From: Opitutales bacterium
Lineage (GTDB): Bacteria; Verrucomicrobiota; Verrucomicrobiia; Opitutales; JABSRG01
Length of the DNA: 64,000 nt
NCBI GenBank assembly: GCA_028280845.1
Contig: JANQKZ010000006.1
Coordinates: 135,512 to 199,511, forward strand
Direction of reading: 5' to 3'
A program made the translations under genes and the position numbers. This document shows positions 17,426-24,467 of the stretch, in pieces; position 1 is the stretch's first letter; every line of letters begins with the position of its first letter. The notes below the pieces were generated by a model. That model was not told the DNA's origin. It made no database searches and worked only from the letters and a program-made list of their open reading frames with translations.

Positions 17426-18355
17426 ATGGATCCGATACCTCTCATAATCCTGGAAGAGCACCACGAGGCATTTTATACCCTGGTCGCAGCCAAAAAGAAG
17501 GGGTGGCTGGGGGATCAGCCGTACGCCCTCCTTCATGTCGATGAACATTCAGACATGTCGCTTCCTCGCTTGAGACATCCCCTTCCCCGGAAGCGTGACC
17601 CGATAGAAACCTGGATTCGATTTACCTACAATGAGCTGGATATCGGGAATTTCATTTGGCCCCTGGTCTATTTAGGTCATTTGGACTCGGTCACCTGGTT
17701 TCGCTTCCAACACAAAAAGGCAGTCACACCCCGGCATCTCGAAATATGCACCACGGATGACCGGGGGCTGGAATTTATGACGGCCGGATCTCTGGATCAG
17801 ACCGCTTATCGAAACCGACCCGACCGACGCTCCCTCCGCTATGAAACCCGTTCACCTGGCGAAAGCTACGCACCCGACGGCCCGTGGATCTTAAGTATCG
17901 ACGAGGATTTTATTGCCGCCAACCCCTTTCCAAAGATAGAGGATCGGGTGATCGAAATCACGGAAGCCAGTTACCATGCCTTTCTCCGGGATCCATACCA
18001 TTTTCTCAGGATTTCACCGGGCTCCAAGCCGAGTGTATTTGTAAAAGATAAGCGATATTTCTTAAATTTTAACGATCTTCCTTCCTCCGGAGTAACCGAT
18101 TCCTTACAAGTACTGGATTTATCGCCTCGTTATGAAACCCTCAACACCCTTTTGAAGGGAATTCGCCGGCCTCCTGAGTTGATTATGCTTTGCCGCTCGT
18201 TAAAAAGTGGTTACCTGCCTATAACGCTTTTCCCCTCCATTGAAGCACGCTTGTTGCGAGACCTCAGCCATTGCTATCCCACCCAACTTATTCGGGTACA
18301 CGAAATCATCCCCGACTCTGTGAAAGTCGAATACGCCTTTTACCCCAATGATTGA
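17426..18355 (+). CDS. UPF0489-like protein (arginase/ureohydrolase-related fold suspected)
   Basis: The N-terminus PLIILEEHHEAFYTL...ALLHVDEHSDMSLP resembles UPF0489 (PF12640). The motifs EEHHE, HVDEHSD and LSIDEDFIAANP resemble the ureohydrolase metal-binding signatures (GGDHS, DAHxD, SxDxDxxDP). Confidence 0.5.
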   Translation: MDPIPLIILEEHHEAFYTLVAAKKKGWLGDQPYALLHVDEHSDMSLPRLRHPLPRKRDPIETWIRFTYNELDIGNFIWPLVYLGHLDSVTWFRFQHKKAVTPRHLEICTTDDRGLEFMTAGSLDQTAYRNRPDRRSLRYETRSPGESYAPDGPWILSIDEDFIAANPFPKIEDRVIEITEASYHAFLRDPYHFLRISPGSKPSVFVKDKRYFLNFNDLPSSGVTDSLQVLDLSPRYETLNTLLKGIRRPPELIMLCRSLKSGYLPITLFPSIEARLLRDLSHCYPTQLIRVHEIIPDSVKVEYAFYPND

Positions 18356-19310
18356 AGACCACTCCTCGGGAACCACATCCGCCATCGTGCCTCCCTATCC
18401 CCTACCCTTTGAAGCGATAGAGCGGAGGGACGGTCTGTCTCCTGAAGTTTTCCAGGAACGCTATGAAAGCGGAATGCGCCGCCCGGTCGTGGTGACCGAC
18501 GCCATGCAGGAATGGCCTGCCTGGGGAAAGTGGGGGTTTGATTTTTTCGCGAAACAGTATGGAGAAGAACGCGTCGTCGTCACCAACCGCCTGTCCGGGG
18601 CCACGGCCGCCCGGCGGATAAAGATGGGAGATTTCATTACCTATTGTCAGTTTCCTGCCTTCAGTCCCCTTTCCAAAAACGAGACGGATACCCCCTTTTA
18701 CCTGACCTCATTTTCTCCCTTCGTAGACCACCCCGAGCTCTACGGAGACTTTGAGGATCCCTACTTTCTGAGTAACCTCTACCGGTCTCTCGAGGGTCCC
18801 CTGGGCGATTGGTATAAACAAGGCTTCGGCTGGATTTTTATTGGACCTGCGGGAACCCTCTCCCCTCTCCATCTCGATCTTTTTGGAACCCATGCCTGGC
18901 TGGCCCAATTTCATGGGCGGAAGCGCTTCCTTCTGTTCCCGAAAACAGACTTCCCCTACGTCTACGATGGTCGGCCTGATTTTATTAACCCGGATCTCAA
19001 GGCCTTTCCGGACCTCGCCAAGACCCGACCGGTCCTGGCCATCCTCGAGCCTGGGGAAGTCATTTATATCCCAGAGGGATGGGCTCATCATGTGGTCTCA
19101 TTAGATCCCTCCATATCCCTCACATTTAACTTCGTGGACGCCAGTAATGCCGTCGACCATGTGATGGCCATCACCCGCGACTTGCCAAACTGGGTGAACA
19201 AAACCGGAACTGATTCCTTTAAGCAGGCAAACCGGGTATACTGGACCCAGGCGGAGTTCAGTTTTCCTGGCCAGGATGACAACAATGGGAAGGAAGAAGG
19301 TTCTCACTGA
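18348..19310 (+). CDS. JmjC / cupin_8 Fe(II)/2-oxoglutarate-dependent oxygenase
   Basis: WIFIGPAGTLSPLHLDLFGTHAWLAQFHGRKRFLLFP ... IYIPEGWAHHVVSLDPSISLTFNF gives an HxD...H facial triad on a cupin fold, typical of JmjC-only hydroxylases. The start overlaps the upstream stop by 8 nt. Confidence 0.8.
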   Translation: MIEDHSSGTTSAIVPPYPLPFEAIERRDGLSPEVFQERYESGMRRPVVVTDAMQEWPAWGKWGFDFFAKQYGEERVVVTNRLSGATAARRIKMGDFITYCQFPAFSPLSKNETDTPFYLTSFSPFVDHPELYGDFEDPYFLSNLYRSLEGPLGDWYKQGFGWIFIGPAGTLSPLHLDLFGTHAWLAQFHGRKRFLLFPKTDFPYVYDGRPDFINPDLKAFPDLAKTRPVLAILEPGEVIYIPEGWAHHVVSLDPSISLTFNFVDASNAVDHVMAITRDLPNWVNKTGTDSFKQANRVYWTQAEFSFPGQDDNNGKEEGSH

Positions 19311-19311
19311 T

Positions 19312-20955
19312 ATGCATATAGCCAGGATTCAGCCTGCTCGCTTGCTATCCCGAATCTCACCTTGGATCATCCTTCTGGCGTGGTCCTGTACGGGAGTCGG
19401 CCAAGCGCGGAACGACCCGAATCCCCTGCAGATTGATCGTTCGATCCCGGCTCCGGATGATCTTCCCCAGTCCAGATTGGTCGGGCCCACGGCTCCTCCC
19501 GGGCCGTTGACCCTCGAAGATGTGATCCGAATCAGTCTGGAGTCCAATGTGGAGATCCTCGTTCGCCAAGAGGACGTCATCATCGCGGACGCCCAACTGC
19601 AGCAGGTCTCTTCCGTGTTTAACCCGCAGATTGACGCCACCCTGGATAGCAACGAAACCCGGGTGAACTCCGCGCTCTCGACCGCTCCGGAAGATCTTTT
19701 TATTTCCGAGTCGGAAACGTCCACCTACTCTCTCGCCGTCACCAAAACCTTCCGCAGCGGGATTTCTCTCACCCCCAGCCTGGAATACGATTTATCTGCA
19801 TCCAATACGGACGGATTGGTGCCTTCCAACCGCGGCATCTGGCAACTGAACATCACGGTTCCCTTACTGAAAGGATTCGGCAGAATCGCCACAGCTGGAA
19901 AGGAGCTGGCGGCCCAGAAAAATGTAGAAGCCGTGCAGTTTGCCTATGAGCATACACTGTCCGAGCAACTCTCCCTGGTCGTCGCGGCTTACTGGAGTTA
20001 CCTCTCGGCCGCCCGAAATCTCGATATTCTTCAAAGGGCAGAACAGCGGGGCGAACTGCTCCTCCGACAGACCGAAGCCCTGATCGAGGCAAATCAACTG
20101 CCTGCCGCCGAAATCAGTAAATCCCAGGCCGATTTATCCGCCCGCCGCGCTGACCGCTCCAGGGGAGAACTCAGCCTCTTTTCGGCTAGGCGCAACTTGG
20201 GGCTCCTCATGGGACTATCCAAAGAAACGGTCACTACCCTAACGGAACCCTCCACCCCGTTCACGATTGTCCCCCCGGTAGACCCAACTTCCCTCCTTGA
20301 TCAAAGTGAACGCTACGTCGATTTGGCTCTGCAACAACGCCGGGATTTACAAGCTGCGGCTGGACAGACTAAGGCGACTGAGGTGTTGAGAAAGCAAGCC
20401 GAAGCCCTGGATAAAATCCAGGTCGACTTCACCTTGGGGGTTGGCTATTCGGGCTATTCCCCAGGGCGTTCTTTCAGCGCCAAACCGGAATCCTTTTACC
20501 GGCATCTCGAAGGGCCCAGTTATGAGGCGACCTTCAACATCGGTTGGGGCTGGAATCGCAACCTCGAAAAAGGAACCTTGCGCGAACGGCTCTCCCGGGA
20601 AGCCCAGGCCCGCTATGCGGAAGTCCAGCTGGAACGCGAGATCTACTCCGGGGTGATCCGAGCCTTAGAAAACTTGAGGACCGCTTCCCTCACCCTGGAA
20701 GAATCTAACAAGGCTCAACTGCTTTTCCAGAAATCGCTCGAATTAGAGGCTCAAAAGCTCCAGTTGGGCCAAGCTACCATTATTGATGTCATCAACCTGC
20801 AGGAACGCCTGACCCAGGCGGAACTCGAGTTGACTCAGGCTCAGCTTCAATACGTCAATGCCATCGTCGAGCTTCGTTTTCAAACCGGAACCCTCCTGAA
20901 TCTACAGGAGGATATGTTTCAATTAAACCAGGATGCCCTGACGACCCTCCCCTAG
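19312..20955 (+). CDS. TolC-family outer-membrane efflux protein
   Basis: Signal-like N-terminus, LTLEDVIRISLESNVEILVRQEDV... and two long coiled-coil repeat halves typical of OEP/TolC. The ATG at 19312 lies 1 nt after the JmjC stop; the track start at 19276 overlaps it. Confidence 0.85.
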   Translation: MHIARIQPARLLSRISPWIILLAWSCTGVGQARNDPNPLQIDRSIPAPDDLPQSRLVGPTAPPGPLTLEDVIRISLESNVEILVRQEDVIIADAQLQQVSSVFNPQIDATLDSNETRVNSALSTAPEDLFISESETSTYSLAVTKTFRSGISLTPSLEYDLSASNTDGLVPSNRGIWQLNITVPLLKGFGRIATAGKELAAQKNVEAVQFAYEHTLSEQLSLVVAAYWSYLSAARNLDILQRAEQRGELLLRQTEALIEANQLPAAEISKSQADLSARRADRSRGELSLFSARRNLGLLMGLSKETVTTLTEPSTPFTIVPPVDPTSLLDQSERYVDLALQQRRDLQAAAGQTKATEVLRKQAEALDKIQVDFTLGVGYSGYSPGRSFSAKPESFYRHLEGPSYEATFNIGWGWNRNLEKGTLRERLSREAQARYAEVQLEREIYSGVIRALENLRTASLTLEESNKAQLLFQKSLELEAQKLQLGQATIIDVINLQERLTQAELELTQAQLQYVNAIVELRFQTGTLLNLQEDMFQLNQDALTTLP

Positions 20956-20992
20956 GTCTGATGAAACACACTATGATGAAAGGTTGGCTGAC

Positions 20993-22249
20993 ATGGATCC
21001 CATGAAGAAAATTTTCAGGCAAAAATCGCTCGATAAAATCTCGTCTCCCGAGCGCCTGGACGAACTCATGCAGGTTACGAGTCCCCGCCTCTGGATAGCC
21101 CTGCTTACCCTGGGGATCCTCCTGGCCTTTACTCTGGTCTGGGGCGTATTCGGGAGAATCCCCCAAAAGGTTCACGGTCGGGGCATCCTGATCAAAACTG
21201 AGGGACTCTACACCGTGACCACTGAAGGGGCCGGACGGGTTGTGGAAATCTCAGTCAAACCCGGAGAATCCATCGAGACGGGACAGCACATAGCCCGGGT
21301 GGAAGACCCGAATATGCAAAAATTAATCAAAGACGGAAAGGCAAATCTAGCCCGCCTGCAGGAAGTCCACAACACACTCGTCGAGTTCAACCACCGTGAA
21401 GTGAAACTCAAACAGGAATCCATTGATAGGCAGAAAGTCGGCCTGGAAAACACTTTGGATTCGCTGAATCGTAAGGCGTCCTACTTGAAGGAACAACTGA
21501 AGACATTTGACAAACTCTTGGAGGAAGGACTCGTCACCACCAAAACGCGACAACAAACCAACCTCGAAATTCTTCAAGTCGAACTGCAGATCGAGGAAAA
21601 CCACAACAAAATCAGTAACCTGGTGTTGGCCCGGGAGGAAGTGGAAAGCCAGTCGACTCAAGAGATTCAACAATCACAAACTCAGTTGGAGACAGAGCGG
21701 CGTCGGTTAGAGGAACAGGAATTAGCTTACGAGAGAGAAGCCGCCGTGGTCTCCCCCTATTCCGGGAATGTCCTGGAAGTACTCGTCGACCAGCACCAGT
21801 TAGTTGGAGTGGGGAATTCCGTCATCAATTTGGAGTTAACCGGACAGGATTTGACTGTGAGCTTCTTCATCCCTGACACGGAAGGGAAGAAGGTTCGCGA
21901 GGGCTCAGTAATCCAGGTATCCCCGACCACCGTAAAAAAAGAACGCTACGGCGTGCTGCTCGGCGAAGTTGTCAGTATTTCGGAGTTTCCGGCGACCCCT
22001 GTCTTCATGATGCATATCCTTCAGAACAAGGAACTCGTTCATGAAATGGCCCAGACTGGTGATCAATTTGCCGGCGTAGCCTCCATCCAGAAAGATAGCA
22101 ACACCCCGAGCGGGTTTCGATGGTCCTCCGCCCAAGGCCCACCCAAGCAATTATACGCCGGGACGATTTGCGAAGTGAGTGTCGTGACCGAAGAGACGCC
22201 CCCCATCTCCCTCGTCATTCCCTTCCTCCGAAAGCTGTTCGGTTTATAA
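20993..22249 (+). CDS. HlyD-type membrane fusion protein, NHLM bacteriocin-system secretion protein type
   Basis: FRQKSLDKISSPERLDELMQVTSPRLWIALLTLGILL N-terminus, a long coiled coil and a C-terminal beta-barrel region, as in TIGR03794-type adaptors. First ATG at 20993; the track opens at a TTG at 20984. Confidence 0.82.
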   Translation: MDPMKKIFRQKSLDKISSPERLDELMQVTSPRLWIALLTLGILLAFTLVWGVFGRIPQKVHGRGILIKTEGLYTVTTEGAGRVVEISVKPGESIETGQHIARVEDPNMQKLIKDGKANLARLQEVHNTLVEFNHREVKLKQESIDRQKVGLENTLDSLNRKASYLKEQLKTFDKLLEEGLVTTKTRQQTNLEILQVELQIEENHNKISNLVLAREEVESQSTQEIQQSQTQLETERRRLEEQELAYEREAAVVSPYSGNVLEVLVDQHQLVGVGNSVINLELTGQDLTVSFFIPDTEGKKVREGSVIQVSPTTVKKERYGVLLGEVVSISEFPATPVFMMHILQNKELVHEMAQTGDQFAGVASIQKDSNTPSGFRWSSAQGPPKQLYAGTICEVSVVTEETPPISLVIPFLRKLFGL

Positions 22250-22253
22250 GCCC

Positions 22254-24464
22254 ATGGCGGATTCAGACACAACACAGCCAGATTTTAAGCCGTCTATGGT
22301 GAAGAAAAAGCGGAGGATCAAGACCCCTTCGGTTCTTCAAATGGAGGCCGTGGAGTGTGGAGCTGCCTCCCTGTCCATGATTCTAGGTCATTACCATTAC
22401 CGGGAATCGCTGGAGCGCCTTCGGGTCGAGTGTGGAGTTACCCGGGACGGCAGCAAAGCCAGCAACTTGCTCAAGGCGGCCCGCCGCTATGGCTTGAACG
22501 CAAAAGGCTACCGGAAAGAGCCGCAGCAGTTGGCAGATATGCCCCTCCCCATGGTGGTATTCTGGAATTTTAATCACTTCCTCGTCCTGGAAGGTTTCGG
22601 TTCCAAGTGGGTTTATTTAAATGATCCGGCCACCGGTCCCCGCAAGGTAACTTATGCCGAGTTTGACGACAGCTTTACAGGAGTCGCGCTGACCTTCGAA
22701 CCGGGTGAAGACTTTAAAGCAGGCGGAGAAAAACCCAGCTTCATCAACTCCCTGAGAAGACGCCTCCGGGGATCCGAGCTAGGACTCGGCTTCCTAGTAT
22801 TAGCCACGCTCTTTCTGGTCATCCCGGGACTGGTTGTTCCAGCCTTCAGCAAAATATTTATCGACCAGATTCTGATTATGGGCAGGCAGGAATGGCTGCG
22901 TCCCCTCCTGCTGGCCATGATCATTGCTCTTGGTATCCAGACGACTTTATTTTATCTGCAAAAACAGTCGCTTCGCCGCCTCGAAGTCAAGTTGGCCATC
23001 AAGATGTCGAGTGAGTTTTTCAGGCGAGTCCTCAGCCTGCCGGTTCAATTCTTCCAGCAGCGCTTTGCCGGGGAGATTGCCAACCGGGTTGCCCTCAATG
23101 ATCGAATTGCCCAATTACTATCCGGAGAGCTGGCCACCAATACCGTCGGTTTAGGCCTACTGGTGTTTTACGGCTCAGTGATGCTGCTCTACGACTGGGT
23201 ACTTGCCCTGGTCGCCATCGGGGTCGCAGCCAGCAATCTCGTTGTCCTGAAATTCATCTCCCGCAAGCGGAGGGACATCAACGCCCGCCTCTTACAGGAT
23301 CAAGGCAAACTGGCGGGCTCTACCATGGCCGGCCTCCAGATTATAGAAAGCCTGAAAGCCAGCGGAACAGAGGGGAATTTCTTTTCTCAATGGGCCGGCT
23401 ACCAGGTCAAATTTCTGAACGGAATGCAGGGTCTTGGCGTAACCAACCAACTGCTCGCGGTTCTGCCTACTACCCTGCAGGCATTCAACACTGCATTGAT
23501 CCTGGGCCTGGGCGGGTATCGAGTCATGGAAGGTGTCCTCAGCATGGGAGACTTGGTGGCCTTTCAGGTCCTGATGGGCAACTTCACCAAACCGGTTAAT
23601 GAGTTTGTCAAGCTGGGCAGCTCACTCCAGGAAGTGGATGGCAATCTCAAGCGCCTGGACGATGTCCTCAAAAACAAACCCGTAGTTGAGTTTATCGAGC
23701 CCGAAAGCAAACCGGATGCCGGGGACATGAAGGTTCCGATCGAAATGACGGGGCTGGTGGACATCCGCAACCTTTCCTTTGGGTATTCTCCGTTGGATCC
23801 TCCCTTTATCGATAACTTTAACCTTACGGTGCGACCGGGAGAACGGGTGGCTCTGGTAGGTCCCTCCGGATGCGGGAAGTCGACCCTCGCGAAAATTGTC
23901 AGCGGCCTCTACGATCCCTGGACGGGTGAAATCCTCTTCGATGGATTTGCCCGGAGCGAGTATCCCCGCCATTTGTTTACCGACTTCTTCGCCGCGGTGG
24001 ACCAGGATATCTTTCTTTTTGACGGCACCATCAGAGACAACCTCACCCTATGGGACAAAACGGTTTCCCAGCAGGATATGATCTTCGCCTGCAAGGACGC
24101 CTGCATTCATGACATCATTTCCGAGCGATCCGGAGCTTATGAAGGTGTCGTGGCAGAAGGAGGGAGAAACTTCAGCGGGGGGCAACGCCAACGCCTGGAA
24201 ATTGCCCGGGCCTTAATCAGGAACCCGCGGGTCCTCATCCTCGACGAAGCGACCAGCGCCCTCGATCCGGCGACCGAACGCCAGATCGATGAGAATCTGC
24301 GGAGGCGTGGATGCTCCTGTATCATTATTGCCCACCGCCTGAGTACCATTCGGGACTGTGATCAGATCCTGGTGCTCCAACGCGGCAAAGTCGTTCAACA
24401 TGGAGATCACAACAGCCTGATGATGGAGCAGGACGGCATCTACGCCAATTTGGTCAACCTCTAA
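22254..24464 (+). CDS. Bacteriocin ABC transporter with N-terminal C39 peptidase (NHLM peptidase/ATP-binding type)
   Basis: The C39 domain has its catalytic Cys in LQMEAVECGAASLSMILGHY and its His in NFNHFLVLEG. It has a 6-TM domain, Walker A GPSGCGKST, signature FSGGQRQRLEIARAL and Walker B VLILDEATSALD. Confidence 0.9.
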   Translation: MADSDTTQPDFKPSMVKKKRRIKTPSVLQMEAVECGAASLSMILGHYHYRESLERLRVECGVTRDGSKASNLLKAARRYGLNAKGYRKEPQQLADMPLPMVVFWNFNHFLVLEGFGSKWVYLNDPATGPRKVTYAEFDDSFTGVALTFEPGEDFKAGGEKPSFINSLRRRLRGSELGLGFLVLATLFLVIPGLVVPAFSKIFIDQILIMGRQEWLRPLLLAMIIALGIQTTLFYLQKQSLRRLEVKLAIKMSSEFFRRVLSLPVQFFQQRFAGEIANRVALNDRIAQLLSGELATNTVGLGLLVFYGSVMLLYDWVLALVAIGVAASNLVVLKFISRKRRDINARLLQDQGKLAGSTMAGLQIIESLKASGTEGNFFSQWAGYQVKFLNGMQGLGVTNQLLAVLPTTLQAFNTALILGLGGYRVMEGVLSMGDLVAFQVLMGNFTKPVNEFVKLGSSLQEVDGNLKRLDDVLKNKPVVEFIEPESKPDAGDMKVPIEMTGLVDIRNLSFGYSPLDPPFIDNFNLTVRPGERVALVGPSGCGKSTLAKIVSGLYDPWTGEILFDGFARSEYPRHLFTDFFAAVDQDIFLFDGTIRDNLTLWDKTVSQQDMIFACKDACIHDIISERSGAYEGVVAEGGRNFSGGQRQRLEIARALIRNPRVLILDEATSALDPATERQIDENLRRRGCSCIIIAHRLSTIRDCDQILVLQRGKVVQHGDHNSLMMEQDGIYANLVNL

Positions 24465-24467
24465 GCC

